From the NCBI GenBank assembly GCA_963780225.1, contig CAWAAX010000004.1:96001-160000 (forward strand): a DNA stretch of 64,000 bases, written 5' to 3'. The stretch's first letter is position 1. Every line of letters begins with the position of its first letter. The notes below the pieces were generated by a model, which searched no databases, was not told where the DNA came from, and saw only the letters and a program-made list of their open reading frames with translations. The DNA comes from an uncultured bacterium (lineage in GTDB: Bacteria; Edwardsbacteria; AC1; EtOH8). Below, piece after piece: positions 20,888 through 31,329 of the stretch. Position numbers and translations under genes: made by a program.

Positions 20888-20904
20888 CGACAAAGAAAGA
20901 AGAA

Positions 20905-22077
20905 ATGCAAAAGATCACTTTACGCAAGAATCAGGAACGCCGGATCAAGTCCGGGCATCCCTGGGTGTTCTCCAACGAGATAGACAAACTGCCGGACAAC
21001 CTGACGCCGGGGCAGACCGCCCAGGTCTACGACAGCCGGGGCTACATAGTTGGCTCCGGGTTCTACAATCCCAAATCGCTGATCGCCGTCCGGCTGTATA
21101 CCCGGGGCGCCCTGGAGCTGGACCTGGAATTGATGGTCACCAAGATATCCGCTGCCGCCCGGCTCAGGCAGTCCGTGTATCCCGGAAGCTCGGACTACCG
21201 CCTGCTGTACGGCGAGTCCGACGGCCTGCCCGGCCTGCTGGTGGACCGTTACGGCGACCAGCTGGTGATGGAGATCATGTCGCTGGGAATGGACATCCGG
21301 CGGGACCTGATCGTGGAAGCCCTGACCGAAGTGCTGCACCCGGCCTGCATCTATGAGCGGAGCGACAGCTACTCCCGGGTGCTGGAAGGCTTACGGGAGA
21401 CCGAAAGCGTGCTGCTGGGGGCGCTTAAGCCCGAGGTGGTGATAGAGGAGAACGGGCTGAAATTCGCCGTCAACATCAAGCACGGCCAGAAGACCGGGTG
21501 GTTCTACGACCAGCGCGACAACCGGCTGGCCCTGCGCCAGTATGTAAAGGGCAAGAGCGTGCTGGACTGCTTCTGCCACACCGGGGGCTTTGCCCTTAAC
21601 GCCGCGGCCGCCGGGGCCAAATCCGTCCTGGGGCTGGACATCTCGGACCGGGCGATCGAGCAGGCCATCAAAAGCGCCGGGCTGAACAACCTTTCGGGCC
21701 TCTGCCAGTTCGAGTCGGCCGATGTGCTGCACACCTTAAAGGAGCGGGTGGAGAGCGGGGAAAAATACGACGTGGTGATCCTGGATCCGCCGGCCTTCGC
21801 CAAGAACAAGAAATCCATCGAGTCGGCCCTGAAGGGCTACAAGGAGATAAACTTAAGGGCCATGAAACTGCTGTCCCCCGGCGGGATCCTGCTTTCCTGC
21901 TCCTGCTCCTACCACGTGGACGACGAGCAGTTCAAGGTGATGCTGGTGGACGCTGCCCGGGACGCCAACCGGACACTGAAACTGCTGGAGTTCCGGCACC
22001 AGTCCAAGGACCATCCGGTGCTGCTGGCCTGCCGGGAGACCCAGTACCTGAAGTGCGCCATCATGGTGGTGGAGTGA
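20905..22077 (+). CDS. rlmI: RlmI-type SAM-dependent rRNA methyltransferase (PUA domain)
   Basis: GHPWVFSNEI, GESDGLPGLLVDRYG, GQKTGWFYDQRDNR, VILDPPAF, ETQYLK. The longer ORF start runs through repeats. Confidence 0.85.
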   Translation: MQKITLRKNQERRIKSGHPWVFSNEIDKLPDNLTPGQTAQVYDSRGYIVGSGFYNPKSLIAVRLYTRGALELDLELMVTKISAAARLRQSVYPGSSDYRLLYGESDGLPGLLVDRYGDQLVMEIMSLGMDIRRDLIVEALTEVLHPACIYERSDSYSRVLEGLRETESVLLGALKPEVVIEENGLKFAVNIKHGQKTGWFYDQRDNRLALRQYVKGKSVLDCFCHTGGFALNAAAAGAKSVLGLDISDRAIEQAIKSAGLNNLSGLCQFESADVLHTLKERVESGEKYDVVILDPPAFAKNKKSIESALKGYKEINLRAMKLLSPGGILLSCSCSYHVDDEQFKVMLVDAARDANRTLKLLEFRHQSKDHPVLLACRETQYLKCAIMVVE

Positions 22078-22152
22078 TCCTTCGGAAACCATGCAGGGTG
22101 TCTTGCTCAGGACAGACCTCTACCTGCCTGACGGCTTCCACTTTCGTTCGCA

Positions 22153-23724
22153 ATGATATTTTGCATGTCTCAGTGCAAGCTCTCCCCGCATCGGGGAGGG
22201 AGTGAGGGTGAGGTCAGGTGCCCAACCGTTAACAGAGATTCTATACTTCAAATACATCGTACAAGGGAAATAGCAATCATTTCATTTTTTAAAAATCCCA
22301 GGGGTTATTTACAGACCCGATGGCAAGCACCCGGCGGATACCGCCAGGTGCTTCTTATCGCCTTTCCCCTGATCCTGTCCACCGGTTCCTGGGCGGTCCA
22401 GCATTTTGTGGACCGGATGTACCTGGCCTGGTATTCACCAGAGGCCCTGGCTGCGGCCATGCCGGCCGGGATGCTGAACTTTGCGGTGATGACCATCTTC
22501 CTGGGGACGGTGGGTTACGCCGGAACCTTCGTGGCCCAGTATTACGGGGCCAAGCAGAACAAGCAGATCGGTCCGGTCATCTGGCAGGCGGTCTATGTGG
22601 CGGCGGCCGGGTCCATCGCGGTAATGCTGCTGATCCCCTGGGCCGGAGCCATCTTCAAGGCGGTGGGGCACGACCCGCTGGTCCAAAAGTACGAGACCAC
22701 ATATTTCGCCATACTCTGCGCCGGGGCCTTTCCGGCCCTGGTGTCCTCGGCCCTGTCCGGGTTCTATTCCGGGCTGGGAAAGACCATGCCGGTGATGTGG
22801 ATCAACCTGGGGGCCACCGCGGTCAACGTGGTCTTCGATTACCTGATGATCTTCGGCCACGGCGGCTTCCCCGAGATGGGCATGGCCGGGGCCGCCTGGG
22901 CCACGGTCTTCTCGGCGGTGTTCTCGGTCATCGCCTATTCGGCGCTGATCTTCAGGCCGGGATACAACCGGGCCTTCCATACCTTAAGCGGCTGGAGGCT
23001 GGACCGGACCAAGCTCTCCGCCCTGCTCAAATACGGATTTCCCAACGGGGTCCAGTTCTTTCTGGACATGAGCGGGTTCACCTTCTTCATCCTTTTAGTG
23101 GGGCGGCTGGGCAGCGACAATCTGGCGGCCACCAACATCGCCTTCAACGTCAACACCATCGCCTTCATGCCGATGATCGGCTTCGGCATCACCGCCTCGG
23201 TGCTGGTGGGGCAGTACCTGGGCCAGGACGACCCAGAGACCGCCCAGTACAGCGTCTATTCCGGGTTCCACATGACCTTCGTCTACATGACTGCAGTGGC
23301 CCTTCTGTATTTCTTCTGGCCCCAGGTCTTTCTGATGCCCTATGCCGCCCATGCCGATCCCGTCCGGTTCGAGGCCATCCGCCGGACCACCATCATCCTG
23401 CTGCGCTTCGTGGCGGTCTATTCCCTGTTCGACGGCTTCAACATCATATTCTCCTCAGCCATCAAGGGGGCCGGCGATACCAAGTTCGTGATGTACATGC
23501 TGCTGATCCTGTCCCTTTTTACCCTGGTCGTTCCCAGCTACCTGGCCCTCGCCGTCTTTGGAGCCGGGATATACACCGCCTGGACAATCGCTTCGGCCTA
23601 TGTGGTGATACTGGGGCTGGCCTTTTATTTCAGGTTCCGGGGCGGCAAATGGAAGGGGATGCGGGTGATAGAGCCTCTGGCTCCGTCGCTGATCATCCAC
23701 CCGGAGTCGCCGGCGGTGGAGTGA
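22153..23724 (+). CDS. MATE family efflux transporter (true start uncertain, probably ~22270-22350)
   Basis: IAFPLILS...FVDRMYL, GFPEMGMAGAAWAT, LVGQYLG, AIKGAGDTK; about 12 hydrophobic segments. Confidence 0.88.
   Translation: MIFCMSQCKLSPHRGGSEGEVRCPTVNRDSILQIHRTREIAIISFFKNPRGYLQTRWQAPGGYRQVLLIAFPLILSTGSWAVQHFVDRMYLAWYSPEALAAAMPAGMLNFAVMTIFLGTVGYAGTFVAQYYGAKQNKQIGPVIWQAVYVAAAGSIAVMLLIPWAGAIFKAVGHDPLVQKYETTYFAILCAGAFPALVSSALSGFYSGLGKTMPVMWINLGATAVNVVFDYLMIFGHGGFPEMGMAGAAWATVFSAVFSVIAYSALIFRPGYNRAFHTLSGWRLDRTKLSALLKYGFPNGVQFFLDMSGFTFFILLVGRLGSDNLAATNIAFNVNTIAFMPMIGFGITASVLVGQYLGQDDPETAQYSVYSGFHMTFVYMTAVALLYFFWPQVFLMPYAAHADPVRFEAIRRTTIILLRFVAVYSLFDGFNIIFSSAIKGAGDTKFVMYMLLILSLFTLVVPSYLALAVFGAGIYTAWTIASAYVVILGLAFYFRFRGGKWKGMRVIEPLAPSLIIHPESPAVE
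22180..22216. repeat. REP-like palindrome, same family as 17396-17434
   Basis: ctctccccg-cat-cggggaggg...gggtgaggtca. Confidence 0.7.
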
Positions 23725-23746
23725 TCCATCGGCCGCCGTATTTGAA

Positions 23747-23775
23747 TTGACAGCTATAAAAATTTATGGTAAAAT
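23747..23775 (+). promoter_or_regulatory. Putative sigma70 promoter upstream of etfB
   Basis: TTGACA-17 nt-TAAAAT with TG extended -10. Confidence 0.6.
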
Positions 23776-23833
23776 CAAAATTCTGTACTAAGATTACACG
23801 ATGTTTATTGTGTAATCTTCTTTTTTGGCCATT

Positions 23834-24040
23834 GCCCACGAAATTCACGAAACAACACCAAATACTTTAAGGTCATTTTTTGTGCGTTTCGTGCCTGCGC
23901 GCTGAAGCCCCGCCACACTTCGACTTAAACTTCGGCAAGCTCAATTCGGCGGCTCAGTGTCCGGCGGAGCGTGGCACGGGAATAACGCACTGGGGCACAC
24001 CTCTCTCCTCCCAGGGGAGAGGCGAAGGAGAGGGGTCAAA
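23834..24040. repeat. Nested repeat cluster of several families
   Basis: Contains an inverted copy of the 43954-43999 hairpin (23905-23967, split by an insertion) and a copy of the 17396-17434 element (24000-24040). Confidence 0.8.
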
Positions 24041-24075
24041 CTCTGGTAATTCAGCATCAACATTACAGGTATAAT

Positions 24076-24861
24076 ATGAACATCATAGTCTGCATCAAAC
24101 AGGTGCCGGACACCACCGATGTCCGGATAGACCCGGCCACCAACACCCTGATCCGGGAGGGCGTGCCGTCCATCATCAACCCCTTCGACATGTATGCCAT
24201 CGAGGAGGCCTTGAGGATCCGGGAAAAACTGGGGGGCAAGGTCACCGTCATCTCCATGGGGCCGCCCCAGGTGATCGAGGCCCTCAAGGAAGCCGTATCC
24301 ATGGGGGTGGACGAGGCGGTGCTGCTCTCCGACCGGGCCTTTGCCGGGGCCGACACCTGGGCCACCAGCTATACTTTGTCGCTGGGGATCAGAAAAATTG
24401 GGAATTGTGACATAGTGCTCTGCGGCAAGCAGGCCATCGACGGCGACACCGCCCAGGTCGGTCCCGGGGTGGCCGAGTTCCTGGACATCCCCCAGGTGAC
24501 CTACGTCAAGAAGATCGAGGAGATCAGCGATAAGAAGGCCAAGGTCTGGCGGATGACGGAGGACGGCTACGATGTGGTTGAGACCAGCCTGCCGGTGGTG
24601 TTCACCGTGGTCAAGGAGATCAACGAGCCCCGGCTGCCCTCGCTTAAAGGCAAGATGCGGGCCAAATCGTACCAGACCACCATCTGGAAGGCGGCCGACA
24701 TCGGGGCCGACGAGAAGAACATCGGGCTGAACGGCTCGCCCACCAACGTGGTCAAGATCTTCACCCCGCCGGCCCGGACCGGGGGAGTGCTGCTGCAGGG
24801 CGATGTCAACGAAGCGGTGGCCGCCGTGGTCAACGGACTCAAGCAACAGCAGATCATCTGA
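24076..24861 (+). CDS. etfB: Electron transfer flavoprotein beta subunit
   Basis: IVCIKQVPD, INPFDMYAIEEA, DRAFAGADTWAT, GKQAIDGDTAQVGP, INEPRLPS, GLNGSPT. Confidence 0.95.
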   Translation: MNIIVCIKQVPDTTDVRIDPATNTLIREGVPSIINPFDMYAIEEALRIREKLGGKVTVISMGPPQVIEALKEAVSMGVDEAVLLSDRAFAGADTWATSYTLSLGIRKIGNCDIVLCGKQAIDGDTAQVGPGVAEFLDIPQVTYVKKIEEISDKKAKVWRMTEDGYDVVETSLPVVFTVVKEINEPRLPSLKGKMRAKSYQTTIWKAADIGADEKNIGLNGSPTNVVKIFTPPARTGGVLLQGDVNEAVAAVVNGLKQQQII

Positions 24862-24862
24862 C

Positions 24863-24964
24863 CAGAATACTAAATACTGAATACTGAATACTGAATACGG
24901 GAGACTGGATACTGGATACAGAAAGCCATATTGTAAATTCAATATTCTGTCTTCCATCTTCTAC
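24863..24964. repeat. Heptamer tandem array (CTGAATA-like, 9 units) followed by a degenerate inverted arm
   Basis: cagaata-ctaaata-ctgaata x3-cgggaga-ctggata x2-cagaaag, then attcaat-attctgt-cttccat. Confidence 0.85.
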
Positions 24965-24973
24965 AGGAGCAAA

Positions 24974-26173
24974 ATGAGCGATATAGAGATCATCCAGGAC
25001 AAATGCGTGGGCTGCGGAGCCTGCCTGTCATCCTGCCCCTACGGGGCCATCAACCTAAAGGACAACCTGGCGGTTATTGACGACGACAAGTGCACCCTGT
25101 GCGGGGCCTGCGTCTCTTCCTGCGGCTTCGACGCCATCCTGCTGCGCCAGGACAAGGTGGAGAAGGCCGACATCAGCGGGTATCACGGGGTCTGGGTCTT
25201 TGCCGAGCAGAAGGCCGGGGTGGTCCAAAGCATAGCCTACGAACTGCTGGGTGAGGGCCGCAAGCTGGCCGACACCCTGGGGGTGGAACTTTCGGCCGTC
25301 ATCCTGGGTAACAGCATAGAGCAAGCCTGCCGGGAGCTGGTCTTACGCGGGGCCGACAATGTATATTCGGTGTCCCATCCGTCCCTGGAGAACTTCTGCG
25401 ACGAGCCCTACTCCGTCATCCTGGCCGGCCTGATCGACCAGCACCAGCCGGAGATAGTGCTCTGCGGAGCCTCCACCATCGGCCGGGCATTGATCCCCCG
25501 GGTGGCTATCAAGGTCCACACCGGGCTGACCGCCGACTGCACCGCTTTGGCCATCGACGAGGAGAAGAGGATACTGCTGCAGACCCGGCCGGCCTTCGGC
25601 GGGAACATCATGGCCACCATCATCTGCCCCAACCACCGGCCCCAGATGGCCACCGTCCGCCACAAGGTGATGAAGGAGGCCGTCCCCGACAACTCCCGGA
25701 AGGGTAAGGTGATCAATGTTCCCTACGACCAGAAGATGCCGGCCTCCCGCACCTCGGTTCTGAAAGTGGTGGAGGAGCTCACCAGCATGGTTAAGCTGAC
25801 CGAGGCCGACATCATCGTCTCCGGCGGCCGGGGGATGAAGGGCCCGGAGAACTTCAAGCTGATAGAGGCCCTGGCCAAATCCCTGGGCGGGGCGGTGGGC
25901 GCCTCCCGGGCGGCGGTGGATTCCGGATGGATCCCCTATTCCCACCAGGTGGGCCAGACCGGCAAGACGGTGGCCCCCAAGCTCTACGTGGCCTGCGGCA
26001 TCAGCGGGGCCATCCAGCACCTGGTGGGCATGCAGTCGTCCGACTGCATCATCGCCATCAACAAGGACCCCGACGCCCCCATCTTCAAGGTGGCCAATTT
26101 CGGCATCGTGGGGGATGTGTTTGAGGTTGTCCCGGCCCTGACCAAGAAGCTGCAGGAAACCTGCGGCAAATAA
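24974..26173 (+). CDS. etfA: Electron transfer flavoprotein alpha subunit with N-terminal 2x[4Fe-4S] ferredoxin domain
   Basis: [12 protein letters not shown] and [11 protein letters not shown] motifs; [33 protein letters not shown]. Confidence 0.95.
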   Translation: MSDIEIIQDKCVGCGACLSSCPYGAINLKDNLAVIDDDKCTLCGACVSSCGFDAILLRQDKVEKADISGYHGVWVFAEQKAGVVQSIAYELLGEGRKLADTLGVELSAVILGNSIEQACRELVLRGADNVYSVSHPSLENFCDEPYSVILAGLIDQHQPEIVLCGASTIGRALIPRVAIKVHTGLTADCTALAIDEEKRILLQTRPAFGGNIMATIICPNHRPQMATVRHKVMKEAVPDNSRKGKVINVPYDQKMPASRTSVLKVVEELTSMVKLTEADIIVSGGRGMKGPENFKLIEALAKSLGGAVGASRAAVDSGWIPYSHQVGQTGKTVAPKLYVACGISGAIQHLVGMQSSDCIIAINKDPDAPIFKVANFGIVGDVFEVVPALTKKLQETCGK

Positions 26174-26186
26174 AAGAAAGGCAAAA

Positions 26187-26552
26187 ATGTCGGATTTTAC
26201 CGGAATGGGCGGTGCCCTGACCGTCTGCGTGATTTCCCAGAGCATAGTCTTCATCGCCTTGGCTATAATGGCCGGGGTGATATATATGGTGGGAATCATG
26301 GCCGGCAGAAACGACCAGCCGGTGGTCCATCCCCTGGGCGGCCCGGCGCCTGAGATACCGGCAGTATATGTGAATGAGGCCGGGGACGAGGAGGAGCTGG
26401 CCGCCATTGTGATGGGCGCATTGTCGTCGGAGCTTGGCGTTGAACCCGGATCCGCCGCCATCTCCCAACCGGAGAGGAATGCCTCCGGTCCGGAAAGCTC
26501 GTGGCGGATAGTCTCCCTGCAGGAAGCGGCCCAAAGGAGCAACCTTAAATGA
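26187..26552 (+). CDS. OadG/GcdD-family (gamma/delta) subunit of a Na+-translocating decarboxylase
   Basis: Single TM (IVFIALAIM), Pro/Ala linker, [17 protein letters not shown] motif; overlaps the beta-subunit start. Confidence 0.7.
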   Translation: MSDFTGMGGALTVCVISQSIVFIALAIMAGVIYMVGIMAGRNDQPVVHPLGGPAPEIPAVYVNEAGDEEELAAIVMGALSSELGVEPGSAAISQPERNASGPESSWRIVSLQEAAQRSNLK

Positions 26553-27673
26553 GCATCATTTTTGAACACCTGTCAAAGCTGATCCAGATGTCCGGGATGA
26601 CTAATCTCTCCCTGGGCAACGGCATCATGATCCTGGTCTCGCTGGTGCTGGTGTACCTGGCGATCTTTAAGGGCTTCGAACCGCTGCTGCTGCTGCCCAT
26701 AGGTTTCGGGGCCTTTTTGGCCAACCTGCCGCTGTCCAACGTGGTGGGGCCGGAGGGCCTGCTGACCATGATCTATAACGTGGGCGTTTCCACCGAGGTG
26801 CTGCCCACCATGATGTTCATGGTGATAGGCGCACTCACGGATTTCGGGCCGCTGCTGGCCAATCCCATCACCTTTCTCCTGGGCGCGGCCGCCCAGTTCG
26901 GAGTGTTTGCCGCCCTGCTGATAGCGGTTTCGCTGGGTTTCAGTCTGCCCGAGGCGGCGGCCATCGGCATCATTGGCGGGGCCGACGGCCCCACCGCCAT
27001 CTTTACCGCCGGCAAGCTGGCCCCGCACCTGCTGGGACCGATCGCGGTGGCGGCCTACACCTACATGTCTCTGGTGCCTCTGATCCAGCCGCCCATCATG
27101 CGGCTGATGACCACCAAAAAGGAGCGGACCACCGAGATGAAGCAGCTGCGGCAGGTCAGCCACCGGGAGCGGATCGTGTTTCCCATCGCCATCTCCATCA
27201 TCACCGCCCTGCTGCTGCCCCAGGCCATCGCCCTGATAGGGACCATGATGCTGGGGAACATCATCCGGGAGAGCGGAGTAACCGAGCGGCTTTCCAAGAC
27301 CCTGCAGAACGAGCTGTGCAACATCGTTACCATCCTGCTGGGGGCCTCGGTGGGGTCCACCATGGAGGCCGCCAATTTCCTAAGTTTCTCCACACTAAAG
27401 ATAGTGTTGCTGGGGCTGGTAGCTTTTAGTTTCAGCACCTTCGGGGGGATGCTGCTGGGAAAATTGTTCTACCTCCTGAGCGGCGGAAAGATCAACCCCC
27501 TGATCGGATCGGCCGGGGTCTCGGCGGTGCCGATGGCGGCCCGGGTGACCCAGGTGGAGGGACAGAGGGAGAACAAGCACAACTTTCTTTTGATGCACGC
27601 CATGGGGCCCAACGTGGCCGGGGTGCTGGGGACGGCCATGGCGGCCGGGGTGCTGATCTCGTTACTGAAGTGA
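26549..27673 (+). CDS. Sodium ion-translocating decarboxylase beta subunit (OadB/GcdB/MmdB family)
   Basis: [59 protein letters not shown]. Confidence 0.95.
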   Translation: MSIIFEHLSKLIQMSGMTNLSLGNGIMILVSLVLVYLAIFKGFEPLLLLPIGFGAFLANLPLSNVVGPEGLLTMIYNVGVSTEVLPTMMFMVIGALTDFGPLLANPITFLLGAAAQFGVFAALLIAVSLGFSLPEAAAIGIIGGADGPTAIFTAGKLAPHLLGPIAVAAYTYMSLVPLIQPPIMRLMTTKKERTTEMKQLRQVSHRERIVFPIAISIITALLLPQAIALIGTMMLGNIIRESGVTERLSKTLQNELCNIVTILLGASVGSTMEAANFLSFSTLKIVLLGLVAFSFSTFGGMLLGKLFYLLSGGKINPLIGSAGVSAVPMAARVTQVEGQRENKHNFLLMHAMGPNVAGVLGTAMAAGVLISLLK

Positions 27674-27867
27674 AATCATCGTCTTCATCTGGTATGGATG
27701 AAACAGGGGTCTTTTATGGGACGCCGATTTGCGCAGATTAGGCAGATCTTTTTTGGAGAGGCTAAGTCTAACCTGAGGTATTATCAGTTTCTCCAAAATA
27801 ATTCCTGTCCTTCATGGATTCCTTATAATGTAAATCTTAAAAAATAAATTTATAGAAGGGCGCAACA

Positions 27868-29061
27868 ATGTCTCACGGAAAAGTACGGTTCAATACCCTG
27901 GCGGTGCACGGGGGCGGGATGCAGGACCTGAGCAAGATCAAGCCGGTCTCCATGCCGATCTACCAGTCCTCGGAGTTCGTCTTCAATTCGGCCGAGCACG
28001 GCGCGGCGGTGATGTCCGGCCAGGAGCCGGGCTTTGTTTATTCCCGGCTGGGCAACCCCACCTGCCAGGATTTTGAAAAGCGGCTGGCCCTGCTGGAAGG
28101 AACCGACGACGGCCTTTCCTTCGCCTCGGGCATGGCGGCCATCGCGGCCATAGTCTTCACCTACTGCCGTCCCGGAGACAACATCATCTCCTCGGCCCCC
28201 ATCTACGGCGGCACCTTCGGGCTGTTCAAGGACCTGCTGCCCAAGATGAACATCGAGATCATCTACGTTCCGGCCAACGACATCCACAACCTGCTGGACA
28301 AGAAGATCAACGACCGGACCAGGCTGGTCTACCTGGAGACTCCGGCCAATCCCACTTTAGATATAGTAGACCTGGTTGAAACCATCAAGGCGGCCAAGGC
28401 CCGCAAGATAACCGTGGCGGTGGACAACACCTTCGCCACGCCCTGCCTGCAGAAGCCGATCCAGATGGGAGCCGACATCGTGATGCACTCGGCCACCAAG
28501 TACATCTGCGGACACGGCGACACCACCGGCGGAGTGGTGGTGGCCTCCAAGGCCGAGATCGACAAGATGAAGCCCATCGCCTACAAGAACCTGGGCGGCA
28601 GCATGGCGCCCTTCACCGCCTGGCTGATGTCCCGCGGCCTGCAGACCCTGCCTTTGAGGGTGGAGCGCCATTCCCAGAATGCCATGATCATCGCCAAGTT
28701 CCTGGAGAAGCATCCCAAGGTGGAAAAGACCTGCTACCCCGGTCTGGAGTCCTGTCCTTCCCACGCCGTGGCCAAGAAGCAGATGAGCGGCGGTTACGGC
28801 GGAGTGCTGGCCATAGACATCAAGGGCGGGCGCGAGGCCGGCCGGAAGTTCCAGAACAACCTCAAGCTCTGCAAGCTGGCGGTCAGCCTGGGCAGCGTTG
28901 ACACCCTGGTCACCCACCCGGCCTCTACCACTCATCTGTCTTATTCCGAGGCCGACCTGGCTTCTTTGGGGATGACCCCGGGCTTCGTGCGGATCGCGGT
29001 GGGCATTGAGGATCCCCAGGATGTGATTGAGGACTTGGACCAGGCGCTCTCTAAAATCTGA
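27868..29061 (+). CDS. PLP-dependent trans-sulfuration enzyme (methionine gamma-lyase / cystathionine lyase family)
   Basis: YSRLGNPT, FASGMAAI, ETPANP, DNTF, HSATKYICGHGD, AVSLG, HPASTTH. Has YGG rather than the YGC of classical MGL. Confidence 0.88.
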   Translation: MSHGKVRFNTLAVHGGGMQDLSKIKPVSMPIYQSSEFVFNSAEHGAAVMSGQEPGFVYSRLGNPTCQDFEKRLALLEGTDDGLSFASGMAAIAAIVFTYCRPGDNIISSAPIYGGTFGLFKDLLPKMNIEIIYVPANDIHNLLDKKINDRTRLVYLETPANPTLDIVDLVETIKAAKARKITVAVDNTFATPCLQKPIQMGADIVMHSATKYICGHGDTTGGVVVASKAEIDKMKPIAYKNLGGSMAPFTAWLMSRGLQTLPLRVERHSQNAMIIAKFLEKHPKVEKTCYPGLESCPSHAVAKKQMSGGYGGVLAIDIKGGREAGRKFQNNLKLCKLAVSLGSVDTLVTHPASTTHLSYSEADLASLGMTPGFVRIAVGIEDPQDVIEDLDQALSKI

Positions 29062-29073
29062 AGCCTTAATACT

Positions 29074-29163
29074 GAAGATCCGAAGATCCGAAGCTGAGAA
29101 GATGGGAGGATCAGAAAAGAAAACAGAGCATAGCTTCGGATTTTCAAATCTTCTCAACTTCTG
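29074..29163. repeat. Octamer tandem array with inverted arm
   Basis: gaagatcc-gaagatcc-gaagctga-gaagatgg-gaggatca ... gcttcgga-ttttcaaa-tcttctca-acttct. Confidence 0.7.
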
Positions 29164-29169
29164 TGAGAA

Positions 29170-29246
29170 GCGCCTGTAGCTCAGCTGGATAGAGCGTCGG
29201 ACTTCGAATCCGCAGGTCGCCCGTTCGACTCGGGCCAGGCGCACCA
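29170..29246 (+). tRNA. tRNA-Arg(TCG)
   Basis: GCGCCTG acceptor stem, TAGCTCAG D arm, anticodon loop ctTCGaa, GTTCGA T loop, CCA end. Confidence 0.92.
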
Positions 29247-29388
29247 AGACTTTGGGAACAGGTGACCGGGAATTGATTTTAGGGAACAGATGATTAGTAT
29301 CGGGTAGGCGGCAGAAGTCATTGTTGGCTTAGATCCGGTTCGGGTTGAAAAAACGGCATAAAAAATGCTGACAAATTCAATTTTGGTA

Positions 29389-29416
29389 TTGACTTTTCGT
29401 GGATTTTTGATATAAT
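29389..29416 (+). promoter_or_regulatory. Putative sigma70 promoter for tRNA-Thr/tuf
   Basis: TTGACT-16 nt-TATAAT with TG extended -10. Confidence 0.65.
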
Positions 29417-29502
29417 AATCATTCTTTGCCTTAAAAACATACCCCCAAGTAAAAAGTTAAAGCCTTGGGGGTAGGGGTCTATTATTGTTTTTACGGCTAA
29501 AA

Positions 29503-29578
<76 letters not shown>

Positions 29579-29650
29579 CTTTTTAAATTCAAAACAATCC
29601 CGGCAGATCTGAAAAACAATATTCTTAAAACAGGAGTTTAAAGAACCATC

Positions 29651-30844
29651 ATGGCCAAGCAGAAATTTGAGCGTAATAAGCCTCACGTGAACATCGGGAC
29701 GATCGGTCACGTGGACCACGGCAAAACGACCCTGACCAGCGCCATCACCAAGCATCAGTCGGAACTGGGCCTGGCCCTTGCCAAGAGCTACGAGGAGATC
29801 GACAACGCTCCGGAGGAAAAGGCCCGCGGAGTAACCATCAACGTGCACCATGCGGAGTACGAGACGGTGAAGCGGCACTATGCGCACATGGACTGCCCCG
29901 GCCACGCGGACTATATAAAGAACATGATTACCGGAGCGGCCCAGATGGACGGAGCCATCTTAGTGGTGGCTGCCTCTGAAGGCGCGATGCCCCAGACGAG
30001 GGAGCACATCCTGCTGGCCCGTCAGGTGGGGGTTCCGGCGCTGGTGGTGTACCTGAACAAGGTGGACCAGGTGGACGACCCGGAACTGATCGAGATCGTG
30101 GAGATGGAGATCCGGGACCTGCTGACCCAGTACGGGTTCGCCGGGGACAAGACCCCGATCATCAAGGGCTCGGCCTTGAAGGCCATGGAGGGAGACAAAT
30201 CGGAGATCGGAGTGCAGTCGATCCAGCGTCTGATGGACGCGGTTGACAGCTATATACCTGATCCGGTGAGAGACATAGACAAGCCGTTCCTGCTGGCCAT
30301 CGAGGACGTGTTCTCGATCACGGGGCGGGGCACGGTGGGGACCGGGCGTATCGAGCGGGGCAAGGTGAAGGTGGGCGACAAGGTGGAGCGGGTTGGCATC
30401 CGCGAGACGCGGGATACGGTGGTGACCGGGGTGGAGATGTTCCGGAAACTGCTGGACGACGCCCAGGCCGGAGACAACGTGGGGGTGCTGCTGCGGGGGA
30501 TCGAGAAGGCGGACCTGGAGCGGGGCATGGTGCTGGCGGCCCCCAAGACCATCACCCCGCATCAGAAGTTCAAGGGCGAGGTCTACGTGCTGACCAAGGA
30601 AGAGGGCGGACGCCATACCCCGTTCTTTACCGGGTACCGTCCCCAGTTCTTCTTCAGGACCACCGACGTCACCGGGAACCTGTCCCTGCCCAAGGGGGTG
30701 GAGATGATCATGCCGGGCGACAACGTGACCATCGAGGGCGAGCTGCTGACGCCGATCGCCATGGAGAAGGGCCTGAAGTTCGCCATCCGCGAGGGCGGAC
30801 GAACCGTGGGCTCCGGAACCGTCACCGAGATCCTGCCGGACTAA
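29651..30844 (+). CDS. tuf: Elongation factor Tu (copy 1)
   Basis: [32 protein letters not shown]. Confidence 0.98.
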   Translation: MAKQKFERNKPHVNIGTIGHVDHGKTTLTSAITKHQSELGLALAKSYEEIDNAPEEKARGVTINVHHAEYETVKRHYAHMDCPGHADYIKNMITGAAQMDGAILVVAASEGAMPQTREHILLARQVGVPALVVYLNKVDQVDDPELIEIVEMEIRDLLTQYGFAGDKTPIIKGSALKAMEGDKSEIGVQSIQRLMDAVDSYIPDPVRDIDKPFLLAIEDVFSITGRGTVGTGRIERGKVKVGDKVERVGIRETRDTVVTGVEMFRKLLDDAQAGDNVGVLLRGIEKADLERGMVLAAPKTITPHQKFKGEVYVLTKEEGGRHTPFFTGYRPQFFFRTTDVTGNLSLPKGVEMIMPGDNVTIEGELLTPIAMEKGLKFAIREGGRTVGSGTVTEILPD

Positions 30845-30973
30845 AAGACCCCTCCCAGGTAAATGGGAAATGGATAAATTGGAAATTGGAAACAAAAGGA
30901 AACCAGGAAAACAGGAAAAATTCATGGATTCAGGGGTTCCTAATAAAAAATACTTTATGTAATAGGTTGTAAA

Positions 30974-31123
30974 ATGCGAGAAATAGTCACCATTGCCTGC
31001 GTGCCCTGCAAGCGCCGGAATTACACCACCACCAAGAACAAGCGCAAGCATCCGGACCGGGCCGAGTTCAAGAAATACTGCCGTTTTTGCAAAAAGCATA
31101 CTGCCCACAAGGAGACCAAGTAA
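30974..31123 (+). CDS. rpmG: 50S ribosomal protein L33 (Zn-binding type); below the ORF-track cutoff
   Basis: Manual translation [49 protein letters not shown]. Confidence 0.95.
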   Translation: MREIVTIACVPCKRRNYTTTKNKRKHPDRAEFKKYCRFCKKHTAHKETK

Positions 31124-31144
31124 TTCCCTTAAAGATTTTGGTAT

Positions 31145-31221
31145 AGGCCAGTAGCTCCAATTGGTAGAGCGCCGGTCTCCAAAACCGGATGCTGGGGGTT
31201 CAAGTCCCTCCTGGCCTGCCA
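31145..31221 (+). tRNA. tRNA-Trp(CCA)
   Basis: AGGCCAG acceptor, ccggt-ctCCAaa-accgg anticodon arm, CCA end; canonical rpmG-trnW-secE position. Confidence 0.95.
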
Positions 31222-31329
31222 TCTAAAATGCGCTTTCAGGGCTTCAGGGACTCGGTAATGGCAACACAGCAAGGCACCCGGCCCAGGCATCCATAAATAC
31301 CCGGAAAAACCGGGACAGGAGCAGCAGAG

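Noticed and set aside
18660..20927. 755-aa minus-strand ORF, and similar long antisense ORFs at 40374-42380, 14936-16210, 29960-31222 and 37017-38177
   Set aside because: They lie opposite well-conserved genes, have no recognisable motifs, and are expected shadows of GC3-rich codon usage.
22320..23750. 476-aa alternative-frame ORF overlapping the MATE gene
   Set aside because: Arg/Gly/Pro/His-rich off-frame translation with no domain signal; the MATE frame explains the region.
24863..24925. Tandem arrays as a possible CRISPR array
   Set aside because: Units are 7-9 nt with no unique spacers, and no cas genes are present.
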